Positions 29,924 to 38,170 of a stretch of DNA of 64,000 bases are shown piece after piece. Source of the stretch: an uncultured bacterium. Lineage in GTDB: Bacteria > Verrucomicrobiota > Kiritimatiellia > RFP12 > UBA1067. Made by a program: the position numbers and the translations under genes. Where the stretch lies: contig URIT01000003.1 of NCBI GenBank assembly GCA_900547945.1, positions 1,406 to 65,405 of the forward strand, written 5' to 3'. The stretch's first letter is position 1. Every line of letters begins with the position of its first letter. The notes under the pieces are model-generated. The model saw only the letters and a program-made list of their open reading frames with translations, was not told where the DNA came from and did not search any database.

Positions 29924-31714
29924 TCAATTCAGGTCGCAGCCAAAACGCTTTGCTACGTCCAGCACAACCGCCCCATACTTCCCCGAACCCGGAACGAGGG
30001 AGAAGCCCACGCCCGCGCCACGCAGACGCTCGACGACCGGCACCAGGACCTGGTGTTCGTACCGCTCGATCGACCAGTCGTTCCGTTTCGCACACGCTGA
30101 AAGCGAGATCTTGAGATACTTCGGCCGCTCGCCGAGGACACGGTCCAATCGGGACAAGATCTGTTCGGGCGATCCCTTCTGCGGCTGGAAGAGGGAAACG
30201 TTCTGCACGAGGGGCTGCGCCAAATGCGGTTTCGGCAAAGACGGCGTCGGGACGCTCTCCACCTTAGTGCCAGTGGTCTCCGTAGGCGCCGTGCCGCGCG
30301 AAACGGCCACGACATGGCGTGGGGCAGGCGCCGTATTGCTCGACGCGGGCGCCACATGAGTCGAATGCGCCACGTTACTTGAACAGGATACAACACTACT
30401 CGGACTGGACCCCACATTTCCCGAAGCGGGAACAGGGCTCGTGGACAGAAGTGTTTCCACCGGGACCTTGCCCTCGGCAGGCCCTACGGCGGCAACCGTT
30501 TTCCACACAACCGGCAGACGAAGGTACGGTTTCAGGAGGATGACCGCCCCCGTTGCCACGATGAGCAGCAACAACCCCGCGCAAGCCACGCGCAACGTGT
30601 GGCGTCGACGTGGATCATCCGGGCATCCAGAGCCGCGTGCCGTTTTGCCCTTGTCCCCCTCAACCGGTGGCACGGCCTTCTCCACAGTCCGCGTCGCCGT
30701 TTCGGGCTGGGAGGACGCAAGGATTTCGTCAATCGCGGCAACGATTTTATCGCCGGAGGACACTCTTTTCTCAAGGCTCTTCTCGCACATCCTCGCCAAC
30801 AGCGAAACGACGCCATCCGGAACGTCCAGCTCTTGTTCCCGTTGTGCCGGGGGAGAACCGCCGCCGACTTCCCCTGGGACGTCCCGTTTCCCCTCGGCGC
30901 AGAACGTCCGGGTCTCCATTGTCGGCAGCGTGACCGCCGTCCGCCCCTCCTCCGCACATGCGCAGACTGGCTTGAACGTGCGGATGTCGGGAAGCGGACG
31001 GGGCGAAAGAAGGAAGGACGTCACTTCGACGATGTTCGTGGCGGGATAGGGGCGGCTGCCGGCCAGCATCTCGAAGAAGACGATGCCGAGGCTCCAGATG
31101 TCGGCCCGGGCATCGACCGACGATGCGTCCCGCACCTGTTCGGGGGACATGTAGGCGGGCGTGCCGAAGACCTGCGCGGGGAGGGTCTTGAGCATGTTTT
31201 CGGCATCGTCCTGGACGGCCTTGGCGATGCCGAAATCCACCAACTTGGCAACGCCATCCGAAGTGAACAGGATGTTCTCCGGCTTGATGTCGCGATGGAC
31301 CGAATGGCGCTTCTCGACCGCCGCCAGCGCCAGGGCGACCTGGCGTACGATTCCCAACGCCTCGCGCCAGGGGATCCGCCCCCGGCACCGCATGCGGTCC
31401 CGCAGCGTCCCGCCGCCAAGATACTCCATGACGATGTAGTAAAACCCCGACGTCCCTTCGCATCCCGCGTCGTAGACCTCGACGAGATGCGGGCTGTGCA
31501 GCCCGCAGACGAGCGCGGCCTCCTGGTTGAAACGGTCGACGAACTCGCGGTTTCGCTCGGCGATCGCCGGATCGAGGACCTTCAACGCGCGTTCGACGCG
31601 CAGCGTGGGATTCCGCACGAGGTAGACCACCCCCATCCCACCCTTGCTGAGGATGCGCGTGATGGTCCAGTTCCCGAACCGGTCCCCTTCCTTCGGCATG
31701 CGTGAAACGTCCAT
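29924..31714 (-). CDS. Membrane Ser/Thr protein kinase (Hanks type) with an extracytoplasmic C-terminal domain of unknown family
   Basis: GGMGVVYLV (P-loop), ALK, HRDIKPENILF, VDFGIA and GTPAYMSPEQ. The TM segment is LRVACAGLLLLIVATGAVILL, followed by about 240 aa with an S/P/T-rich linker. Confidence 0.93.
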   Translation of the reverse strand: MDVSRMPKEGDRFGNWTITRILSKGGMGVVYLVRNPTLRVERALKVLDPAIAERNREFVDRFNQEAALVCGLHSPHLVEVYDAGCEGTSGFYYIVMEYLGGGTLRDRMRCRGRIPWREALGIVRQVALALAAVEKRHSVHRDIKPENILFTSDGVAKLVDFGIAKAVQDDAENMLKTLPAQVFGTPAYMSPEQVRDASSVDARADIWSLGIVFFEMLAGSRPYPATNIVEVTSFLLSPRPLPDIRTFKPVCACAEEGRTAVTLPTMETRTFCAEGKRDVPGEVGGGSPPAQREQELDVPDGVVSLLARMCEKSLEKRVSSGDKIVAAIDEILASSQPETATRTVEKAVPPVEGDKGKTARGSGCPDDPRRRHTLRVACAGLLLLIVATGAVILLKPYLRLPVVWKTVAAVGPAEGKVPVETLLSTSPVPASGNVGSSPSSVVSCSSNVAHSTHVAPASSNTAPAPRHVVAVSRGTAPTETTGTKVESVPTPSLPKPHLAQPLVQNVSLFQPQKGSPEQILSRLDRVLGERPKYLKISLSACAKRNDWSIERYEHQVLVPVVERLRGAGVGFSLVPGSGKYGAVVLDVAKRFGCDLN

Positions 31715-31773
31715 GTGCCCCTTCCCCCCTTCACCACCCGAAAACGCCCTTGACGCGCGCCTTCAGAAGCTCC

Positions 31774-32835
31774 TTACAGTTCAATGCCCGCAATCCGGGC
31801 CTCCTCGACAAAAGACGGCGCCTCGCCCGCCTCAAACCCTCCGCAGACGGTTCCGTCGGGCGCGATGGACGCCGTCTTCCAGCGATGCAGCTCGCGCACG
31901 CGGTATTCCCCCCGTTCCAGGGGAAGGACCTCGGCGATGGACACGACCTTGCGCGAACCGTCCGAGAGACGCGCCGTGTGGACGACCGCGCCGATGGCAC
32001 TCGCCACCTGCGCGCGCAGGGCCGAGAGCGGGATGTCGATGCCGCTCAGCAGGGCGCACGTCTCGATGCGGCTCAGGGCGTCAAGGGGCGAATTCGCGTG
32101 GATCGTGCTCATTGAGCCCGCATGGCCGGTGTTGAGCGCCTGCAGCAGGTCGAGCGCTTCGCCGCCCCGGATTTCGCCGATCACGATGCGATCGGGGCGC
32201 AGGCGCAGGGCCGAGTGGATCAGGTCGCGGATCGTCACCTCGCCCTGCCCGTTCTTGTCCGCCTTGCGCGTCTCGAACGGCACGATGTGCCGCTGCTGGA
32301 GCTGGAGCTCGCTCGCGTCCTCGATCACGAGCACGCGCTCGTTGTCCGGGATGAAGGAGCTGAGCGCGTTCAGGACGGACGTCTTGCCCGAGCTCGTCGC
32401 GCCCGAGACGATCACATTCTTGTGCAGGAGGACGAGCGCGCGGATGAGCCTCCGCGCCCGTTCGTCCACGCTGCCGAACGCCTGCATCCTCTCGATGGTC
32501 AGCGTGTCCTTCTTGAACTTGCGGATGGCGATGACCGTGCCGAGGCGCGACAGGGGCGGAATGACGGCGTGGACGCGGCTGCCGTCCGGGAGGCGCGCGT
32601 CCAGGCGCGGGTGCATCTCGTCCAGGATGCGCCCGACGGACTTCGCGATGTTCGCCGCCGCCGCCTTGAGCGCGGGCTCGCTCACGAACCGCGCCGGCAC
32701 CTCCTCCAGTCGGCCCTTCCGCTCGACATAGACCCGTTCGGGCCCGTTGATCAGGATCTCGCTGACGTCGTCGTCCGCCAGATGCTCCGCCACCGGCTGC
32801 AGGAACAGCGTCAGGAATGAATTGTTGTCTTGCAT
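31774..32835 (-). CDS. CpaF/TadA/VirB11-family secretion ATPase, short form without an FHA domain
   Basis: 353 aa. VSEILINGPERVYVE, Walker A GATSSGKTS, Walker B LVIEDASEL, RLRPDRIVIGEIRGGEA and GHAGSMSTIHANS. Confidence 0.9.
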   Translation of the reverse strand: MQDNNSFLTLFLQPVAEHLADDDVSEILINGPERVYVERKGRLEEVPARFVSEPALKAAAANIAKSVGRILDEMHPRLDARLPDGSRVHAVIPPLSRLGTVIAIRKFKKDTLTIERMQAFGSVDERARRLIRALVLLHKNVIVSGATSSGKTSVLNALSSFIPDNERVLVIEDASELQLQQRHIVPFETRKADKNGQGEVTIRDLIHSALRLRPDRIVIGEIRGGEALDLLQALNTGHAGSMSTIHANSPLDALSRIETCALLSGIDIPLSALRAQVASAIGAVVHTARLSDGSRKVVSIAEVLPLERGEYRVRELHRWKTASIAPDGTVCGGFEAGEAPSFVEEARIAGIEL

Positions 32836-33599
32836 GTTCTATTTCCTCTGTCTTGAATGCGACGTCCAATCATCATCATGCCCCCCACCAGGACAAACAC
32901 CCCGCCGAGGAACTGCCCGGGCGAGACGGGAACCCCCTCCAGAATCGTCCCCCGGCTGTCGCCGCGCAGCAGCTCAAGCGCGATGCGCCCCGCCCCGCAT
33001 GCGACAAGCGAGAAGCCCGCGCGGTAGCCCGCCTTGACTGCGGTCATGGCGAGCGTAAACGCGACGAGCAGCCACCCGGCTTCATAGAGCTGGACCGGGC
33101 AGAGCGGAACGGATCCGTACGCCGCGCAGGGTGGGGAGCCCGCCGGATAGACGACACCCCAGGGCGCCCGGACGGGGATGCCGTAGCAGCATCCCCCCAG
33201 GAAGCAGCCCAAGCGGCCGACGGCCTGAGCGGGCAGGCAGCCTGGCACGAAGAGTTCAAGGAGAAGCAGGACGGGAATGCCCGCCATCCTCCCGAAGGCG
33301 ATCCAGAACAGCATGCATCCCAACAGCCATCCGAAGTAGTTCAGACCCCGGCCAAAGGGATGGGCGAAGACCTGACGGACGCCGTCATGGAACAGCACGT
33401 CCGTCACCGCCCCGGACACGACACCGAAGAGCAGGCAGAGCGGCAGGGCCGGGAGGAGGCGGTCGTTCACGGTGGCGACGGGCAATCCCATGCGCCGCGC
33501 ACGGTAAAGGAACAAGAGCACCAGAATCATCAGCCCGGCGCCGATGCAAAGCGGGAACGAGCCGATTTTTCCAAAGGGCAGGCTGATGAAAGGATGCAT
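32811..33599 (-). CDS. Prolipoprotein diacylglyceryl transferase (Lgt) family membrane protein
   Basis: Start MHPFISLPFGKIGSFP at 33599; a 262-aa polytopic protein with the Lgt-type motif GRLGCFLGGCCYG. Its 3' end overlaps the ATPase start by 25 nt. Confidence 0.7.
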   Translation of the reverse strand: MHPFISLPFGKIGSFPLCIGAGLMILVLLFLYRARRMGLPVATVNDRLLPALPLCLLFGVVSGAVTDVLFHDGVRQVFAHPFGRGLNYFGWLLGCMLFWIAFGRMAGIPVLLLLELFVPGCLPAQAVGRLGCFLGGCCYGIPVRAPWGVVYPAGSPPCAAYGSVPLCPVQLYEAGWLLVAFTLAMTAVKAGYRAGFSLVACGAGRIALELLRGDSRGTILEGVPVSPGQFLGGVFVLVGGMMMIGRRIQDRGNRTCKTTIHS

Positions 33600-33627
33600 G
33601 TTGCCGCATTCCCCGCGATGCCGTGCC

Positions 33628-34011
33628 TTACGCCACGCGCTTCGTGTTGGCAATCGAAAGCGCCCCCGCGATGATGTACAGGATCGCGCTGATCAACGCC
33701 AGCGGGTTGAGGATGATCACGTTGACAATCCCCATGAGAAGCGCGAGCAGAATCACGAGCACACCCGTCAGCGTCGACCACTTCGACTTGCAGAAGAAGC
33801 AGAGCGCAAAGACGACAAGGCCGAGAATGCTCGGCAGGAAGAGCGAAGAGCCGCCCCTCCCATTCGTCATCTCCTGCATGGCGGACGCGCAGATCACATT
33901 GCACAGCAGGCTTGGAATCCACAGCACGAAGGCGATGATGGCCAATATGACCGGCGCGAAGGTCTTGCGGTGCTCGATGATGACAACCTTGTTGTCGTTG
34001 TCGGTATTCAT
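33628..34011 (-). CDS. Small integral membrane protein (127 aa, about 4 TM segments), unknown family
   Basis: Strong SD AAAGGAGAA before the ATG at 34011. Hydrophobic segments include FAPVILAIIAFVLWIPSLLC, LPSILGLVVFALCFFC, LTGVLVILLALLMGIVNVII and ALISAILYIIAGAL. Confidence 0.7.
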   Translation of the reverse strand: MNTDNDNKVVIIEHRKTFAPVILAIIAFVLWIPSLLCNVICASAMQEMTNGRGGSSLFLPSILGLVVFALCFFCKSKWSTLTGVLVILLALLMGIVNVIILNPLALISAILYIIAGALSIANTKRVA

Positions 34012-34104
34012 GTTCTGTTCTCCTTTGGAACCTTGTTTACGACAGGCCCGCTATCGGTTCCGCACTAGCATGCCCGGCTGTAGCGACGCGCTACAAAGCA
34101 AACC

Positions 34105-34560
34105 CTATTTCGATATGCCCCAGGAAAATCCCGTTCTGTTCCGTCCCTGTGCCCAAAGCGACCAAAGGACCTTTTGCCCGTTCCCCTCGTACTGCAGCAG
34201 GACCCGGCCGTTGTCGTCTTCCACGCCCACAACATGCCGACAGCGGAAGCCCCGTCCCGACATGAGCGCAGAAACCTCATCCCGTGCCTCACGGATGTCG
34301 GCAGGGATCATTCCGATTTGAAGCCATCCCCTGTTCCGGGGATCCGACAACACCACCTTCCAGGAGGATGGAAAATCCTCCGCAAGCGCGCGGACGTCGC
34401 CCCCGCCCCGTGTACCGCACCCGTCGGTTCCGGAATCCAGGCAGTCCACCGGGCAGGAGGAGACCGCTGGCAGCAGTGTGACCCCGCCAATCACGATCAG
34501 TGAAAAGGCGATGACCGGTACCAGCAGCGTGTGCTGGACATTCTGCAGGGGGGCGTTCAT
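34105..34560 (-). CDS. Membrane-anchored hypothetical protein (151 aa)
   Basis: The ATG at 34560 overlaps the upstream stop as ATGA. The N-terminal anchor is LLVPVIAFSLIVIGGVTLL, followed by a Cys-containing segment CPVDCLDSGTDGC. Confidence 0.65.
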   Translation of the reverse strand: MNAPLQNVQHTLLVPVIAFSLIVIGGVTLLPAVSSCPVDCLDSGTDGCGTRGGGDVRALAEDFPSSWKVVLSDPRNRGWLQIGMIPADIREARDEVSALMSGRGFRCRHVVGVEDDNGRVLLQYEGNGQKVLWSLWAQGRNRTGFSWGISK

Positions 34561-35294
34561 TCTCCAAAGGCTCCCAGATACCTTCTTTGGGGGATGGGGA
34601 ATGGCTGAATCAAGAACAGCCCCTCCTCGTCGTTCCCCTCGTCAAGGTGGATCCAGTCGTCGTCGAGAACTCTTCCAAGGTATCCGCCCGAAACGACCTC
34701 ACGCTCCGGAATCGCCCGGTCTCGCGAACGGGGATCGCTGGGATCGCTGTCACGATCCAGGCCCGACAGGGCATGCCGGTGAAACACGAAGACGCGCGGG
34801 AAATCGCAGTTCATTTCAATCTCGGACCGATTGAACCAGCCAGAATCAGGGTCGGACGTTCCCGACATCAGTCCACACAACAACATCATACCCCGGACCC
34901 ATCCAGGGACCTGAACGGGCAGCTTGACGATTCCCCCGGAATAGCAGGACATGAAGTCATTCAAATGAAGCGCCTCGTCCGTCGCCGCATTCACCTTGAA
35001 CCCGGCATCGGTCCCACCGATGGATCGCTCAAAAAGCGCAACAAGCAATTCGGCGACCTTGCCCGCATCGCGCCCCCCGTCCTCGCCATGCGGGCAGAAC
35101 CGGCTGGCCCCCACCCATGTCACCAATTCGTCGCCAATCTGCATGCGCATCTTGTTGACCGACAGATCGGCGACGAGAAAGAGCCCCCCCAGCAAGAGGA
35201 AGTACAGGGGCGCGACAAGGACAAATTCCATCAAGACCGAACCGGAACGGGACGATCCAACCGTCCGCCGCATGGTATGCCGTCCCATCTTCAT
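34557..35294 (-). CDS. TadE-like pseudopilin (second copy)
   Basis: The N-terminus SRSGSVLMEFVLVAPLYFLLLGGLFLV matches the TadE-like prepilin motif (G / S-V-L-M-E-F); 245 aa. Confidence 0.75.
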   Translation of the reverse strand: MKMGRHTMRRTVGSSRSGSVLMEFVLVAPLYFLLLGGLFLVADLSVNKMRMQIGDELVTWVGASRFCPHGEDGGRDAGKVAELLVALFERSIGGTDAGFKVNAATDEALHLNDFMSCYSGGIVKLPVQVPGWVRGMMLLCGLMSGTSDPDSGWFNRSEIEMNCDFPRVFVFHRHALSGLDRDSDPSDPRSRDRAIPEREVVSGGYLGRVLDDDWIHLDEGNDEEGLFLIQPFPIPQRRYLGAFGE

Positions 35295-35301
35295 CGCGCG
35301 T

Positions 35302-37092
35302 TCACCGTGTCGAACCCTCTAGAATGAGCCGTTCCTGTGCCGGCTTATTCGGCGTTTTCCGCAACCAGTTGTCGAACTTGTCAATGACCTTCGTGCCGAT
35401 GCCGTCGGCATTCACCTTGATGACGGCCCCCTTCCTCAACTCCTGGATTTTTTGCCGAAGGCAAAGGAGGCATTTCTTGGCGAGGGCGTTGTGCGTGCCG
35501 TCCGCCCATTTCCCCAACGTCTCGCTTGCCCAGTCGATGGCCTTTGGAATGAGCTTGTTGTTGATCCACGACAACGCCCATTCAAATGCCCAGTCGATCA
35601 GCTTCGCCGCAATGTCCTTCAGGAACGTAATCGCCATTTTCCCGAGCTGTGTAAACGCCTTGCCAAGATCGGGGGCATTGAACAGAACCCCCAACACGTT
35701 CTTGACACCGGCGACAATCCCCTTGCCGTCGATTCCAAGACGGTCCAGGACGCTCTTCAACCCGGGATACTTCGCGATCAGCTTGTCGATCTGTCCGCTG
35801 ACGATCTTTTCTACTTTGGCCGACACCTTCTCGATAATGGCCCCCCCGATGACCGGAGCCTGTTCGACGATGGCGTTCCACGGGTCGCCGCCGGGCGTCA
35901 CGATCTCGTTCCAGATATTCCGGAACGCATCGCCTGTCCCCGGTCCAAGGGTCTCGTCAACGACGTCCGCCACATAGTCTCCGACCGTGGCCCCAAGGCC
36001 CGCCCAATTGCCTTCCCCCGCCTGGTCAATGGCCTTCTTGGCCACCTCCTTGACGTCGGGGGGCAGATCGCTCTTGTCGATCAGCGCCTTCGCCCCGTCG
36101 CTCGCCACCGCCGTGACCGTCTTTTTCAGGTCTGCAACCGTGACCGTCCCCGTCGCAACGCCCTTGACGAACCCCTTGAGCTGGTTCGCCGACGTCGCAC
36201 CCGGCGCATATTTGTCGATCAGGGCATTGATCTCGGCCAAGGCCGCCTCCGACAGCCCCTGCGTGCCGTTTTGGGTGTACGCATCGATCAAGGCGTTGAG
36301 CCGGGCTGCCGCCTCGGGATCGAGGTTCTTGGCAATCACGTCGCGGAGCGCGTCCAATCCTACCGCTTGGCCCAGATTCTTGAGCGTGTCGAGCGTATCC
36401 AGGGCCTTGCCGTCCACGATGTCCTGGAGGAGGCCGTTGACGGTCTTGGCCGCGTTCCCGTAGGGGATCTTCTCGCCGATCACCTTCTGCATCTCGGTGA
36501 GCAGCTGCCGCTTGACGTCCTCCGACGTTCCCTCGTTGGCAATCGTGTCCAGCATGGCGTTGACCGAATCCGCCACATCGGCCGGCAATGCGTCCGCCAG
36601 TTGCTTCTTCATTTCGTTGACGGCAAGCGAAACGGCAAGATCCTTGCCATCCGTACCCAACGCGGCAACAAAGCCCTTGCCCCCGTCGGCGTTGACCGTG
36701 CAGAGCTTGTCGGCGAGGTTCAGGATGCGCTGCCGGTCGGTTTCTGCCACCTTGCCGTCCAGCGCCTTGGCCAGTTCCTTCTGAACGACCTCGCGTACGC
36801 CGCCGTTCTGAACCCATGCCTCGCCTTTCTTCACCGCCTCGTCGATCTTCCCCTTGACAAGGCCGTAGACGGATTCGGAGAGGCCCTTGTCGGCAAGCAG
36901 GGACGCCACCTGCTTCTGGAAGGCCGCGTTTGCGAGATCCTGTCCGGATTGGACCTCGGCGGGCAAGGGGGCGAATGCGTCGTTGAGCAGATTTCCCGCC
37001 CGTGCCGTCGAGGTGATGAAACACGAGATCCCAATGGACAGCACCAGGGCGAACAGACGCCGCAGAGGCGTTCTAGAAAGCGCGCGCTTCAT
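35302..37092 (-). CDS. Secreted alpha-helical protein of unknown function (596 aa)
   Basis: The start MKRALSRTPLRRLFALVLSIGISCFITSTARA (signal peptide) at 37092 overlaps the upstream stop by 1 nt. The body is A/K/D/L/V-rich and helical. The C-terminus is amphipathic and Trp-rich: LIDWAFEWALSWINNKLIPKAIDWASETLGKW. Confidence 0.75.
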   Translation of the reverse strand: MKRALSRTPLRRLFALVLSIGISCFITSTARAGNLLNDAFAPLPAEVQSGQDLANAAFQKQVASLLADKGLSESVYGLVKGKIDEAVKKGEAWVQNGGVREVVQKELAKALDGKVAETDRQRILNLADKLCTVNADGGKGFVAALGTDGKDLAVSLAVNEMKKQLADALPADVADSVNAMLDTIANEGTSEDVKRQLLTEMQKVIGEKIPYGNAAKTVNGLLQDIVDGKALDTLDTLKNLGQAVGLDALRDVIAKNLDPEAAARLNALIDAYTQNGTQGLSEAALAEINALIDKYAPGATSANQLKGFVKGVATGTVTVADLKKTVTAVASDGAKALIDKSDLPPDVKEVAKKAIDQAGEGNWAGLGATVGDYVADVVDETLGPGTGDAFRNIWNEIVTPGGDPWNAIVEQAPVIGGAIIEKVSAKVEKIVSGQIDKLIAKYPGLKSVLDRLGIDGKGIVAGVKNVLGVLFNAPDLGKAFTQLGKMAITFLKDIAAKLIDWAFEWALSWINNKLIPKAIDWASETLGKWADGTHNALAKKCLLCLRQKIQELRKGAVIKVNADGIGTKVIDKFDNWLRKTPNKPAQERLILEGSTR

Positions 37093-38159
37093 CACTTCAC
37101 CTCCTTCCGCCCATTCCACGCCGACAACAGGTCATCGGCCTGCAGAAGGTCATACCATTCCATGCTGGACGTCTTCGCCGTGACCTCCTTCATCAGCGAA
37201 ACCGTCACGTACAGGCGCGGGACTTTCGTGTTCACGAGCACGTAGAGCGTGGCGGTCTCCGTCGGGACGTATCCATACGGCGTGAAATCCCTGCGGAACA
37301 TCTCAGGCATCTGCGCAAAGAGCCGCGTGAGGGGACGCGCGTTCGGTTCGCGGAAGTAGGTCATCAACTGGAATTCGCTCCCAGTCCGGGCCAGTCGGGT
37401 GAGATGCGCGGCGATGCCGACATCGCGGGCGTTCTTCAGAAACGCCAACGTCAGTTTCATCCTGACGGCGGATCGCGTCTGGATGCGGTTCAATTCGCCT
37501 TTCATGTCGAGGTTCATGAGCGTCATCGTCATCTTGCCCCACGACTCTTTTCCCTCCAACGGGAAAACTTCGATGAACCTCTTCCGGGTACCCGAGACGA
37601 CCCGCCAGATCTCGACGGAGAGGGGATCTTTCTCCGGCACGACCGTCAGGATACGCGCCTCGGCCGTCGGTGCCGTTTCGTCCTCTCCCCGAAACGTCTC
37701 GCCGCTCAGGAGATAGAAGTCCGATATGCGTACGGCGGGGAGCGTGTTCCCCCTCTGGGCCCTCAGGCGAAGCAGCATGAGCGTGTCCCACCACGGATTG
37801 TAGAGCGCCATCAGCGCGCCCTGGGCGTCCTGCGGGCCGGACAGGACCATCGCCGCCGTGAAGAAGTCCGTCAACTGCTGTTCGATCATGTCCGGGGCGA
37901 TCTGGCTGTTCCATTTGCCCTTTGCCTTCTCTTCAAACGAGGCGGCCACGGCATCGTGGGGCTTTGACAGGGCCACCTCGCGGAAGTCCGCCAGATGTGC
38001 AGAAAAGACTGATTCCTGTCCCTTCTCATCCTTCATCAGTTCTTCAATCATCTTGATCCCCTCCGCAGGGTCATCGGCTTGTGGAACGGCACAGGTGGCC
38101 ATCGCCACCATCGCCACTAGGGGCAGCGCGAGCTGCCTGATCAGGTTTCGTGTCTTCAT
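37092..38159 (-). CDS. Secreted hypothetical protein (355 aa)
   Basis: Signal peptide MKTRNLIRQLALPLVAMVAMATCAVPQA. Composition is normal and I recognise no family. Confidence 0.75.
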   Translation of the reverse strand: MKTRNLIRQLALPLVAMVAMATCAVPQADDPAEGIKMIEELMKDEKGQESVFSAHLADFREVALSKPHDAVAASFEEKAKGKWNSQIAPDMIEQQLTDFFTAAMVLSGPQDAQGALMALYNPWWDTLMLLRLRAQRGNTLPAVRISDFYLLSGETFRGEDETAPTAEARILTVVPEKDPLSVEIWRVVSGTRKRFIEVFPLEGKESWGKMTMTLMNLDMKGELNRIQTRSAVRMKLTLAFLKNARDVGIAAHLTRLARTGSEFQLMTYFREPNARPLTRLFAQMPEMFRRDFTPYGYVPTETATLYVLVNTKVPRLYVTVSLMKEVTAKTSSMEWYDLLQADDLLSAWNGRKEVK

Positions 38160-38170
38160 GTTTTCATCTC

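Noticed and set aside
31784-32731. 315-aa plus-strand ORF opposite the short CpaF-like ATPase, and 35452..37245 (597 aa) opposite the helical secreted protein.
   Set aside because: They have low-complexity S/R/A/P-rich translations without motifs, and the minus-strand partners have unambiguous signatures or signal peptides.
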